Under the pieces are notes generated by a model that was given only the letters and a program-made list of their open reading frames with translations, ran no database searches and was not told the DNA's origin. DNA of 64,000 nucleotides from Candidatus Latescibacterota bacterium. Lineage in GTDB: Bacteria; Latescibacterota; UBA2968; GCA-2709665. The position numbers and the translations under genes are program-made. The DNA lies in the NCBI GenBank assembly GCA_965203805.1, contig OZ241917.1:1728001-1792000 (forward strand). The letters are read 5' to 3'. Numbering within the stretch: position 1 is the stretch's first letter; every line of letters starts with the position of its first letter. This document shows, one piece after another, positions 48,930 through 58,545 of the stretch.

Positions 48930-49970
48930 ATGCGAGTCGAGGACCTGGACACGCCGGCACTCACCATCGATTTCGACATCCTTCTCAAGAACATCGGCGA
49001 CCTCGCGGAATCCTGCCGCCGGCATGAAATCGCGTTGCGCGTACATACCAAGACCCACAAGATTCCGGAAATCGCCCGTCTGCAGCTTGAAGCCGGCGCC
49101 ATTGGCATTGTCTGTCAGAAGCTGGGAGAAGCGGAAGTCATGGTCGACGCGGGAATTTCCGACATTCTCATTCCCTACAACATCGTCGGCGCCCGAAAGG
49201 TGGAACGCCTTGTCCGACTCCATGAACGGGCAACCATAACGGTAGCCCTGGACTCCGAAACGACGGCACGCGGCATCTCCGAACAGGCACGCAAACCGGA
49301 AATACCCGTTCTGATCGAACTGGATACCGGCGGGCGCCGATGCGGTGTTCAGTCGCCCGAAGCCGCACTGGAACTCGCGCGCAAAGTCGTTGCGCTTCCC
49401 GGCCTCCACTTCCAGGGCATCATGACCTATCCCAGCCGACGGGAGGCGGAACCCTTTCTGTTGCGTACACGGACACTGCTGGAGGACGCCGGCATTCCGG
49501 TCGCCACGGTGAGTGGAGGCGGAACCGGAAGCGAAGCCGTCTCAAAGCAGATCGGTTGCACCGAAACCCGGATCGGCTCCTACGTTTTCGAAGGAATGCA
49601 CCGCATCAACCACACGGACAACCCCCCGAACCCGACAACCTGCGCCGAACGCGTGATCGTGACCGTGGTCAGCACACCCACACCTGAACGCATTATTGTG
49701 GACGGCGGCCAGAAAACCTTTACGAGCTATCCACCCACCCCGTACGGATACGTCGTGGAACACCCCGGCGCGAGGATATACGGCATGTCGGTGGAACACG
49801 GCCACATCGACGCCAGTGCGTGCGACCATACGTTTCAGGTAGGGGAACGCCTTTCGGTTGTTCCCCTACACCAGGGAATGACGACCAACCTGCACGACGT
49901 CGCCTATGCCGTAAGGAACGGCGTCGTGCAGGCCGTCTGGACCGTTGCCGGACGCGGCAGGGCGCAGTAG
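48930..49970 (+). CDS. PLP-dependent fold III enzyme (D-threonine aldolase / D-serine dehydratase-like)
   Basis: LDTPAL, RVHTKTHK, ELDTGGRRCGV, SGGGT, SVEHG. Confidence 0.88.
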   Translation: MRVEDLDTPALTIDFDILLKNIGDLAESCRRHEIALRVHTKTHKIPEIARLQLEAGAIGIVCQKLGEAEVMVDAGISDILIPYNIVGARKVERLVRLHERATITVALDSETTARGISEQARKPEIPVLIELDTGGRRCGVQSPEAALELARKVVALPGLHFQGIMTYPSRREAEPFLLRTRTLLEDAGIPVATVSGGGTGSEAVSKQIGCTETRIGSYVFEGMHRINHTDNPPNPTTCAERVIVTVVSTPTPERIIVDGGQKTFTSYPPTPYGYVVEHPGARIYGMSVEHGHIDASACDHTFQVGERLSVVPLHQGMTTNLHDVAYAVRNGVVQAVWTVAGRGRAQ

Positions 49971-50042
49971 ATAACCAGATTGAGACCACAGCCCCGTTCA
50001 TGACCCGGGCCGGGACCGGATTGACCGACACGGCCCGTTCCG

Positions 50043-50210
50043 GCAGGCGACCTGGCACGGTCGATGAGCGATGGCACTTCGGCAAGCTTGCTTCGACATG
50101 CTCAGCACCGGCAGTGCAAGCAACGTCGACAGACGGGATGAATCGGCCTGCCTGCAGCGCAGGGTACTGCGCAGGCAGGCGGAAGAATGGTGAGGTATTT
50201 TTGGGACAGG
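50043..50210 (+). repeat. Composite repeat family B, copy 2
   Basis: Direct repeat of 48559-48766 with different internal insertions. Confidence 0.85.
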
Positions 50211-50234
50211 ACACTAAATTCAAGGAGTTCTGAT

Positions 50235-51128
50235 ATGCGTCAAGTACAGTGGGAACGCATGTTCCCGGACCAACTGGATGCCGCTTTCGATGACTGCCCG
50301 CTCGTTTACTTCCCGTACGGCCTTTGCGAACCCCACGGTCCGCACGACGCGGTCGGCCTGGATGCCCTCAAGGCGCACGGCATCGCCTGTGAGTCCGCGC
50401 GCGCACACGGGGGTATTGTGGCCCCGCCGGATTACTGGCATATTCACGAACTTGGCGGGTACGCGCTGTGGCTCGAGCGTACCGTTGGACCGGTCAGACG
50501 TTCCTGGATGACCTGCATCCCGCCTTGGCAGCACTTCAAGAACATCTGCTACCACATCCGCATGGCGGACCACCTCGGCTTCCACGCCGCCATTTTTTTA
50601 ACGGGACATTACGGCCCCAACTGGAAGGATCTCAAAACGCTCATCGGCCTGGTGCAGCCCCACGTGGGCACCAGGCTCTGCGGCCTGCCGGACCACGAAG
50701 CCAACCAGCCGGGTTTCGACAACGACGGGCGAAGCGGCGGCGACCACGCCGGAAAGGTCGAAACTTCGCTTCTGTGGGCACTCCACCCGGACTGTGTGGA
50801 CCTCTCACGGCTGCCGCCCGAAGACGCTCCCGGACCCCATTTCGCGATGGGACCCACGGTCAGGCAGTCAGACCGCCGCGTTGGCGAGCGCATGGTGGCA
50901 GACGAAGTCCGATGGCTGGGCGAGAAGGCGCAGGAACTGCTGGACGAATACGAGGAGGAAAACCCGACCCACAAGCTACAGACCTACGAAGACGTGGAAG
51001 TCCTCTGGGAGACCGTGATTCGCCCCTCTCTCGCCGGTTTCGAGACCATGCAGGACAGCTGGACCGAGGAAGCCCTTCCCGAGACTTCCACCTGGTATCC
51101 CAACTGGCGGGTGCCGCGGCGGGGATAG
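50235..51128 (+). CDS. Creatininase family protein
   Basis: EPHGPH...D, GHYGPN, DHAGKVETS; AAGGAG RBS. Confidence 0.85.
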   Translation: MRQVQWERMFPDQLDAAFDDCPLVYFPYGLCEPHGPHDAVGLDALKAHGIACESARAHGGIVAPPDYWHIHELGGYALWLERTVGPVRRSWMTCIPPWQHFKNICYHIRMADHLGFHAAIFLTGHYGPNWKDLKTLIGLVQPHVGTRLCGLPDHEANQPGFDNDGRSGGDHAGKVETSLLWALHPDCVDLSRLPPEDAPGPHFAMGPTVRQSDRRVGERMVADEVRWLGEKAQELLDEYEEENPTHKLQTYEDVEVLWETVIRPSLAGFETMQDSWTEEALPETSTWYPNWRVPRRG

Positions 51129-51134
51129 GCACGC

Positions 51135-51214
51135 GGGATGCGCGTCGGTCGCGCGCCTTGTCTTCGGCCACAATGACTCGGCCTCGCCTGCAGAGCGGCT
51201 TCTTCAACGGACTG
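51135..51214 (+). repeat. MITE-like repeat family A, right-end copy
   Basis: Matches 52265-52330 (CGCGTCGGTCGCGCGCCTTGTCTTCGGCC...CAACGGACTG). Confidence 0.75.
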
Positions 51215-51592
51215 TTACCGTTCCAGCAGTTCGATCTCGTAGCCGTCCGGGTCGTCCACAAAGGCCATTTTCCGTCCGGTCGGAAACGTCTCACGCCAAT
51301 CTCCGGGCCAGATTTCAATGCCCTTGTTCTCAAGCCCGTCGCAAAACGCGATGAGGTCCGGCACGCCGATAGCAAGATGCATCAGATCCTCGGGCACGTT
51401 CAGCTCGTAGTCTTCCGACCAGGTCAGTTCGAGCGTATGGGCGTTGCCAGGCAACTCCAGGTGCATAATCTGGTTTCCCGCCGGGGACTTCTCCGACCTG
51501 CTCTTCACCACGAAACCAAAATGGTCGCAGTAGAATGCCGACGACCGGTCCAGGTCGTTTACCCGAATCCTGGTATGGAGAAATACCGCCAT
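51215..51592 (-). CDS. VOC family protein (lactoylglutathione lyase-like)
   Basis: LHTRIRVNDLDRS, LELTW, HLAI, DPDGYEIEL; AAGGAG RBS. Confidence 0.88.
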   Translation of the reverse strand: MAVFLHTRIRVNDLDRSSAFYCDHFGFVVKSRSEKSPAGNQIMHLELPGNAHTLELTWSEDYELNVPEDLMHLAIGVPDLIAFCDGLENKGIEIWPGDWRETFPTGRKMAFVDDPDGYEIELLER

Positions 51593-51692
51593 CTCAGGCT
51601 CCTTTCTGCAGATCATCATCCGCCGGACCCGGGGACCATAAAAAAAGACAGCCATTAGCTGCCCCCGTACCCGCACCTTCGGTCCCTGCCAT

Positions 51693-52061
51693 CTATGCAG
51701 TCAGCGGCGAAATTGCTTTACTCCCTTTCTTACGGGCCGGTTCCATTTCGAGACCCAGAGCCTGGCGTACCTGTCGTATTGCCTGAAGGTAATAATTCCT
51801 CACCGTACTCTTGGATACCGACAGCAGCAGCGCGATTTCGGCCATGGACTTTCCCTGGGAACGCAGCAGCAACACCTCGTACTTCCGGCCCGTGAGTGTC
51901 GGTTCGATCACGTTTCTGACCGCATCCAGTTTCTCCTCATCCAAATCCAATTTCGAATACGGATCGGGATCGAGCGAATGCCGGATGATGAAAGACAGAG
52001 GTACTGTCTCCGTTCTGGGATGACACCGTTCCATCACCGTGTTGTATCGGGGCCCTCGCAT
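51693..52061 (-). CDS. Small sigma70 region-4 / LuxR-like HTH protein
   Basis: LTGRKYEVLLLR..GKSMAEIALLLSVSKSTV. Confidence 0.65.
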   Translation of the reverse strand: MRGPRYNTVMERCHPRTETVPLSFIIRHSLDPDPYSKLDLDEEKLDAVRNVIEPTLTGRKYEVLLLRSQGKSMAEIALLLSVSKSTVRNYYLQAIRQVRQALGLEMEPARKKGSKAISPLTA

Positions 52062-52184
52062 ATGGGTTCCACGCTCTCTGCAGGACTATTGGAGGCTCTC
52101 AGCACTTCTCAAACCACGCGCGCACATCGTCAATTTAGCCTGTTCTTCTCAGTCAGGCAAGTGAAAATTCGCCCCGGGCGCTGA

Positions 52185-52330
52185 CAGCCCGTCGATAAAG
52201 TCCATCCGGGCTGCGTCCGGCCCTTGTGACCGAATGACGGCGTTGCGCTCCCTCCCCGAATCCAGGGATTCGCGTCGGTCGCGCGCCTTGTCTTCGGCCT
52301 CCGCTGCAGAGCGACTCTTCCAACGGACTG
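52185..52330 (+). repeat. MITE-like repeat family A, full copy (146 bp)
   Basis: Imperfect terminal IRs CAGCCCGTCGATAAAG / CTCTTCCAACGGACTG. Confidence 0.8.
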
Positions 52331-53263
52331 CTAAACCAGCGGACGCCTCGAGCAGCCCAACCCTTCTGCAGCCTGCAACACCCGTTCATTCAACCGGTCC
52401 GCATGCCGTACGGTTTCCCGATCGGGCGTGAACGCCAGGCTTCGCACCTGTGAATGCCCAATGATCCCCCGAGCCGCCAGCAGGCGTTTCTCCACAACCA
52501 GGTACAGCTCCATATCCTGCAGAGAGAAGGCAATCTGCGCCAGAATCCCGTCGTACACGTCGAGTGCGCCGTCCAGGTCGCCCGACGACCCGAATTCCCA
52601 GATCCGGTTCATCACATCCGCGTGCCCGAGCCCTGGCATGACGCCGGCGACGCCCCACTCGAAGAGTTCCGGCAGATACATCCCGCCCCAGCCCTCGAGC
52701 ACGGCCACCTCGTCGTCGGTCGCTTCACGAATCCCTCGCAGCTTGCGACCCAGAAGCGGCTCCTCCAGCTTGATATACTTGAAATTATCGCAGGCTTCGC
52801 GAAGTCGACGGCAGAACGTCCCGTCAACCGTGGGGCCGCCAGGATTGAAATCCTGAATCAGAATCGGCACCTGCACCGCGTCGCAGATGGTCCGGCAATA
52901 CGCGATAAGGTCGGTTTCCGTCGTTCGGAACTGCCTGGGGATTGCAAAACTGATGACGTCCGCGCCGGCGTCCTCGTTCGCGCGGGCAAGTTTCGCCGCC
53001 TGTCGGGCCGACGGGTGGTTCGACTGACCCACCACAGGAATCCTCCCCGCGGCCGAAGCGACCGCGGCCCGGACGACCGCGAGCCGTTCTCTCCCTGATT
53101 GCTTGTAAAACTCGCTCGCATATGCAGGCAGACACACCGCCGCGATACCGAATGCGACCGCCGTCTCCACCTGTCGGCCGATATCTTCGAATACAATCTC
53201 TTCACGGTCATCGAACGGCGTTACCAGTACCGCCACGACACCACGGATAGCTTCCACGCCCAT
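52331..53263 (-). CDS. Dihydrodipicolinate synthase family aldolase
   Basis: VLVTPF, ASEF, GRIPVV, ILIQD, YIKLE; GGAGG RBS. Confidence 0.85.
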   Translation of the reverse strand: MGVEAIRGVVAVLVTPFDDREEIVFEDIGRQVETAVAFGIAAVCLPAYASEFYKQSGRERLAVVRAAVASAAGRIPVVGQSNHPSARQAAKLARANEDAGADVISFAIPRQFRTTETDLIAYCRTICDAVQVPILIQDFNPGGPTVDGTFCRRLREACDNFKYIKLEEPLLGRKLRGIREATDDEVAVLEGWGGMYLPELFEWGVAGVMPGLGHADVMNRIWEFGSSGDLDGALDVYDGILAQIAFSLQDMELYLVVEKRLLAARGIIGHSQVRSLAFTPDRETVRHADRLNERVLQAAEGLGCSRRPLV

Positions 53264-53415
53264 ATCGAACCTCCAGGAGCGGATTTGTCTGAGGCCAGGT
53301 CCGTCCGCCTGTTGCCGTTCAAAGCGCCGGACAATCCTCCGAAGGGTGGATCGTTGAACCGGCCGTCGACATCGTATGACGGGAGGGGGTCGCTTCTCAG
53401 CCGCCTTGGTGGCTG

Positions 53416-53444
53416 TTGACACCGAAACTGAGATATGTTAAATT
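53416..53444 (+). promoter_or_regulatory. Sigma70 promoter upstream of rel
   Basis: TTGACA-17 nt-TAAATT with extended TG. Confidence 0.65.
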
Positions 53445-53615
53445 GTAATTCCCGGGAAATTTTCTCGAATAGACTTTCCGGGATCGTTAAGATCTGACCG
53501 GAAGGCCGGCAATCTGCGGCGCCGGATTCGACGCCGGTCCCCCGGACAGCCAGAAGTACGGTATCTACGGGACCCGCCGGCAGCGCGGACCATTCAGATC
53601 CGACTGGAGGTCTCC

Positions 53616-55820
53616 GTGAGGTTACAAGCGGCTGGCTCCAAAACCCTCCCGGCCGTCGAAGCCGTCGTCGAACGCGAGTCCGGTTTTCCCGATCTTCAGA
53701 ACCTGCTCCGTTCAGCGATCGACGTTCGTCCGAACCAGAATCTTCGGCTCATCTCCAAAGCCTACCACTTCGCCGAACTGGCCCATCGCAATCTGCGCCG
53801 AAAGTCCGGCGATCCCGCAATATCACACGCTGTGGCCGTGTGCCGCATCCTGATCGACCTCGGGCTCGACTCCGCGACCGCAGCCGCCGGCCTGCTGCAC
53901 GACGTGGTGGACGATACCGACGTTACGCTAACCCAGATCGAGTCTCACTTCGGGGCTGAAATTGCCGGCCTGGTTGACGGCGTTTCCAGGATAAAGGACT
54001 TTTCCTTCCAAAGCCCGGAAGCCGAACAGGCCGAAAATTTCCGCAAGATGCTGCTCTCGATGGCACGAGACCTCCGCGTGGTTCTCGTCAAGCTGGCCGA
54101 CCGCCTCCACAATATGCGTACCCTGAAATATATGCGACCGGAGAGCCAGGAACGCATGGTTTACGAGAGTCGCGATATCTATGCACCGCTTGCCCACCGT
54201 CTGGGCATGTCCCGTATCCGCGCGGAACTGGAAGACCTGAGCCTCAAATGGCTGGAACCGAAAGCGTACCGGTATATCCAGGAAAAGATCAACCTGACCC
54301 GTGAAGAACGAGAGGCCTGCATCGAAGCCGTGCAAAAGCCACTTTCGGAGGCACTGGAGAAAGCGGGGATTCAGGCGGACATGACGGGCCGTTCCAAGAA
54401 TTTCAGCAGCATCTACAAGAAAATGAACGGGCGTGGAAAAGCCTTCGATGAAATCTACGATCTTCTGGCGCTTCGTGTTCTGGTTGACACCATTCCCGAA
54501 TGTTACAACGTACTCGGCCTGGTGCACACCATGTATCCGCCTGTCACCGCCCGCTTCAAGGACTTCATCGCCACGCCCAAAAGCAACATGTACCAGTCGC
54601 TTCACACAACGATTATTGGTCCGTCACGTATGATGCTCGAGGTGCAGATCCGCACCAGGAAGATGCATCAGACGGCAGAGGTCGGCATTGCAGCCCACTG
54701 GCTCTACAAGGAGGGCAAGCGCGGCCCGTCCGAAATGGACCGCCACATGGCGTGGCTTCGCAGCCTGCTGGAGTGGCAGCGGGAAACCACGAACCCGCAG
54801 GAATTCATGGACGAACTGAAGGTCGATCTCTTTCCGAACGAAATCTATGTGTTTACCCCTAAGGGAGACCTCATCCAGCTTCCGGAAGACGCCACGCCGC
54901 TGGACTTTGCGTTTGCAGTACACACCGATGTCGGCCTGCGTTGTATCGGCAGCCGGGTGGACGACCAGATGGTATCCCTGTCTACACCGCTGCAAACGGG
55001 TTGTACCGTCGAGGTGCTCACCTCGCCCCACCAGCGGCCCAACCGCGACTGGCTCGATTTCGTGAAGACCGCCAGGGCACGCAGCCGTATCAGACGCTGG
55101 TTACGCGAGGAAGCGTTTTCTCAAAGCGTCCGGATCGGCAAAGACATCCTGGATCGCGAACTCAAGAGACGGCGAAAACGTACGGCCGAGGAAAAACTGG
55201 ATACCGCGGCCGCTCACTTCGGGCTGCAGGACGTAGAGCATCTCTTCGCCAGCCTGGGTAACGGTACGCTGTCCCTGGAACGGGTTGTACATCAGATCTT
55301 TCCATCGGCCCGCCCGATACCCGGACGACAGCGACCGGAAATCAAGAGAAAGAGCCGCAAGAACCCGATTGTGATCCACAGCCTGAACCACCTGATGATT
55401 CAGTTCGCCCGCTGCTGCCAGCCCATATACGGCGATTCCGTGTTGGGCGTTATAACACGCGGAAAAGGGATATCCGTTCACCGGAGGGACTGTCGTAACA
55501 TTTCGAACCTCCCGGAAGGTCGCGACCGCCTGGTCGACGTCGACTGGAATTCGGAAGAGGAGACGGCTTTCACCGTACAAATTCGCGTTAACGGCGAGGA
55601 TCGGCCCAATTTCCTTCGCGACATCAGCGAGGCCATTTCGGGGCAGGGCGTACCCGTGGTCGAGGGAAAGTTGAACACCGCCAGCGGCCAGGTCGGCAAC
55701 CGATTCACGGTTAAGGTTAGAAACGTCAACCAGCTCCACGACCTGCGAAAGAAAATCCTGTCCGTGCCGGGCGTCTCGTCGGTTCAGCGAATAAACGCAA
55801 GTTACGACGACGTTTTGTAA
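53616..55820 (+). CDS. rel: Long RelA/SpoT homolog (HD-SYNTH-TGS-ZFD-ACT)
   Basis: LLHD, KLADRLHNMRTL, RFKDFIATPKSNMYQSLHT, EVQIRT, AAHWLYK, VFTPKG, ARCCQP. Confidence 0.96.
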   Translation: MRLQAAGSKTLPAVEAVVERESGFPDLQNLLRSAIDVRPNQNLRLISKAYHFAELAHRNLRRKSGDPAISHAVAVCRILIDLGLDSATAAAGLLHDVVDDTDVTLTQIESHFGAEIAGLVDGVSRIKDFSFQSPEAEQAENFRKMLLSMARDLRVVLVKLADRLHNMRTLKYMRPESQERMVYESRDIYAPLAHRLGMSRIRAELEDLSLKWLEPKAYRYIQEKINLTREEREACIEAVQKPLSEALEKAGIQADMTGRSKNFSSIYKKMNGRGKAFDEIYDLLALRVLVDTIPECYNVLGLVHTMYPPVTARFKDFIATPKSNMYQSLHTTIIGPSRMMLEVQIRTRKMHQTAEVGIAAHWLYKEGKRGPSEMDRHMAWLRSLLEWQRETTNPQEFMDELKVDLFPNEIYVFTPKGDLIQLPEDATPLDFAFAVHTDVGLRCIGSRVDDQMVSLSTPLQTGCTVEVLTSPHQRPNRDWLDFVKTARARSRIRRWLREEAFSQSVRIGKDILDRELKRRRKRTAEEKLDTAAAHFGLQDVEHLFASLGNGTLSLERVVHQIFPSARPIPGRQRPEIKRKSRKNPIVIHSLNHLMIQFARCCQPIYGDSVLGVITRGKGISVHRRDCRNISNLPEGRDRLVDVDWNSEEETAFTVQIRVNGEDRPNFLRDISEAISGQGVPVVEGKLNTASGQVGNRFTVKVRNVNQLHDLRKKILSVPGVSSVQRINASYDDVL

Positions 55821-55893
55821 ACGTCGCTTCGGAGCGATCGTCTCACCGATGACGTTTCACGTCATCCCGCCTTTTGAAGAAACGCCCGCGCCG

Positions 55894-58533
55894 TCAGGGG
55901 ATTTTCCCGCCTTCCAGTTCCTGCTTCCACCGATCCAGAGTAGCCAGAGCTTCGAGCGGTGTGGTATTGCCCACGTCCAGATCGCGCAATTCGGCGAGGA
56001 CCGGATCTTCAGGGGGACGGTCGAACAGCTTCATCTGTCCGTCAGTTGAGGCGGATTCACGAACCACCGATGGGGTCGTTTTTTTCTTTGCCGGCGTCAA
56101 GTCGTTTGCTTCCAGCCTGTGCAGCACGTCTCGGGCGCGCAGAACCAGTTCGTGAGGCATTCCGGCAAGCCGCGCCACCTCAATGCCGTAGCTGTGGTCA
56201 CACCCCCCGGGCACCAGCCGGTGCAGAAACGTCACGTTGTCGCCTTCCTTCCTCACCGCGACGCTGAAATTCTTCACCCTCGGCAGTAATTCCTCGAGTT
56301 CCGTCAATTCATGGTAGTGCGTCGCAAACAACGTGCGCGATTGCAGGGCCGCTGTATTGTGTAAATATTCCGTCATTGCCCAGGCGATGCTCAGACCGTC
56401 AAATGTACTGGTACCGCGCCCGATTTCATCCAGAAGCACCAGGCTCCTGGGGGTGGCGTTGTTCAGGATGTTGGCCGCTTCATTCATTTCCACGAGGAAC
56501 GTGGATTCACCCCGGGCAAGGTTGTCGGACGCCCCAACCCGTGTGAAAATCCGGTCAACCACACCGACGCGCGCGGCCTTCGCGGGAACAAAGCTGCCCA
56601 GTTGTGAAAGCAGAACGATCAGCCCGATCTGACGCAACATCGTGGATTTCCCGGCCATATTGGGGCCGGTAATAATCAGCACCTGGTCGCGCTCGCCATC
56701 CACGTAAAAGTCATTTGGTACAAACTTGCCGGTAGGCAGCAACCCTTCAACAACCGGATGGCGACCCTCCCGAATTTCGATTCCGGTAGAATCGTCCACC
56801 TCGGGCCGGACGTAGTCGTTGGACACGGCCACTTCTCCCAGGCAGGCCAGCACGTCTACGACAGCCACTGCCCGCGCCGTGCGCTGTACCTCGTTCACCC
56901 AGGCCTCCACCTCGCCCCTGAGCTGCTGAAACTGCGCTTTCTCCAGTTCCTTCGCGCGTTCGTCGGCCCCTAGAATCCTCGCTTCCCATTCTTTCAGCTC
57001 GGGGGTAATAAAGCGCTCCGCGTTCACCAGGGTCTGCTTGCGCAGGTAGTCTTCCGGAGCCCTGTCCATATTCGCCTTTGTGATCTCGATATAATATCCG
57101 AACGCCTTGTTATACCCGACCTTGAGTGACGGAATACCGGTACGCTCTCTTTCATTGGCCTGAAGTTCGGCCACCCAACGGCGGCCTCCGGAAGCCGCGT
57201 CGCGGAGCTCGTCCAGTTCCCGACTACAACCCTCCCTGATAACGCCCCCTTCGCTGAGCAGAAACGGCGGATCGTCCACCACCGTGCGCCCTATCAGGTC
57301 GATCAGGTCGCTCAAATCAGGCATCCCCTTGCACCGCGCCTTTACCAGCAGATCGACCGTGGCCTCCCTCAGCGCTTCTCGAAGGCCGGGTATGGCCTGC
57401 AGCGACGCTTTGAGAGACACGAGATCCCTCGGACTGCAGCGTCCACAGCAGATCCGGGACATCAGGCGCTCGAGATCTCCCACCTGCTTCAGGCCCGAAC
57501 GTAACGACTCCCGACGCGCGGGATGCGTTGCCAGGTCTTCAACGGCGTCCAGTCTCGCTTCAATCCTCGGAATATCGAGCAGCGGCCGGGACAGCCAGGT
57601 CCTCAGCGTCCGCGCGCCCATCGCGGTGCACGTGCGGTCCAGCAGGGACAGGAGGGTCCCTTCCCGTCGACCCTCCTGTATCGACGTAATCAGCTCCAGA
57701 TTCCGCTGGGTCACGAGGTCGAGACCCATGTGTGCCCCGTCACGCTCCCGGGAGAGGCGGGTGATGTGAGAGACCGCCCCCTTCTGGTTCTGTTTGAGAT
57801 ACCCCAGCACCGCCCCCGCCGCGCCGATGCCCACCGTCATCTGGTCGCAGCCGAATCCCTTCAACGAATTGACCCGGAAATGCTCCAGCAACAGATCGTG
57901 CGCATAAGCAAATCCGAAGTGCCAGTCTTCGGCTCGCACGAGCAGCGTGCCCGGCAATCGATGCGCCATCGCAGCTTCATTCGCTTCGATCCACGACTCG
58001 GGCGCGAGCACCTCCGCGGGACTGATTCCCTCAAGCACATCCCACAGATCGTCCGCATCCCGCTCGAGCGCGCGGAAATCACCGGTTGACAGATCCGTCA
58101 CCGCGATACCCAGCCGGTTCGACTCGACCCGGAGACCCGCGAGATAGTTGTTGCGTTTCTGATCCAGCAGGTTGTCCGAGAGCGCCGTGCCGGGAGAGAC
58201 CACCTGAACGACCTCGCGCCGCACGACCGGCTTGCCCTTCTGCGGCGCCTCCATCTGTTCGCAGATGGCCACTTTGCAACCCGCCTTGATCAATCGGGCA
58301 AGGTAGGTATCCAGCGCATGATGCGGCACGCCGGCCATCGGCACGCTTTCGCCGCCCCGGCCGTTGTTGCGGGAAGTCAGCGTCAGCCCGAGAAGGCCGG
58401 AGACCTCTTTCGCATCGTCGTAAAACGTCTCATAGAAATCACCCATTCTGAACAGCAGCACCGCATCTCTGTATTCGTCCTTGAAATGCAAATACTGTTC
58501 CATTGCCGGGGTGACATCTCTCGGGCGTGCCAT
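55894..58533 (-). CDS. mutS: DNA mismatch repair protein MutS
   Basis: FRMGDFYETF, TGPNMAGKST, DEIGRGTST, SYGIEVA; beta-clamp motif QMKLF. Confidence 0.98.
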   Translation of the reverse strand: MARPRDVTPAMEQYLHFKDEYRDAVLLFRMGDFYETFYDDAKEVSGLLGLTLTSRNNGRGGESVPMAGVPHHALDTYLARLIKAGCKVAICEQMEAPQKGKPVVRREVVQVVSPGTALSDNLLDQKRNNYLAGLRVESNRLGIAVTDLSTGDFRALERDADDLWDVLEGISPAEVLAPESWIEANEAAMAHRLPGTLLVRAEDWHFGFAYAHDLLLEHFRVNSLKGFGCDQMTVGIGAAGAVLGYLKQNQKGAVSHITRLSRERDGAHMGLDLVTQRNLELITSIQEGRREGTLLSLLDRTCTAMGARTLRTWLSRPLLDIPRIEARLDAVEDLATHPARRESLRSGLKQVGDLERLMSRICCGRCSPRDLVSLKASLQAIPGLREALREATVDLLVKARCKGMPDLSDLIDLIGRTVVDDPPFLLSEGGVIREGCSRELDELRDAASGGRRWVAELQANERERTGIPSLKVGYNKAFGYYIEITKANMDRAPEDYLRKQTLVNAERFITPELKEWEARILGADERAKELEKAQFQQLRGEVEAWVNEVQRTARAVAVVDVLACLGEVAVSNDYVRPEVDDSTGIEIREGRHPVVEGLLPTGKFVPNDFYVDGERDQVLIITGPNMAGKSTMLRQIGLIVLLSQLGSFVPAKAARVGVVDRIFTRVGASDNLARGESTFLVEMNEAANILNNATPRSLVLLDEIGRGTSTFDGLSIAWAMTEYLHNTAALQSRTLFATHYHELTELEELLPRVKNFSVAVRKEGDNVTFLHRLVPGGCDHSYGIEVARLAGMPHELVLRARDVLHRLEANDLTPAKKKTTPSVVRESASTDGQMKLFDRPPEDPVLAELRDLDVGNTTPLEALATLDRWKQELEGGKIP

Positions 58534-58545
58534 AAAGACGCTTCC

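Noticed and set aside
48504-50210. Possible CRISPR array
   Set aside because: Repeats are nested palindromes without regular unique spacers, and no cas genes are present.
53521-53545. GCCGGATTCGACGCCGG tRNA-like arm
   Set aside because: No cloverleaf can be built; treated only as part of the rel leader.
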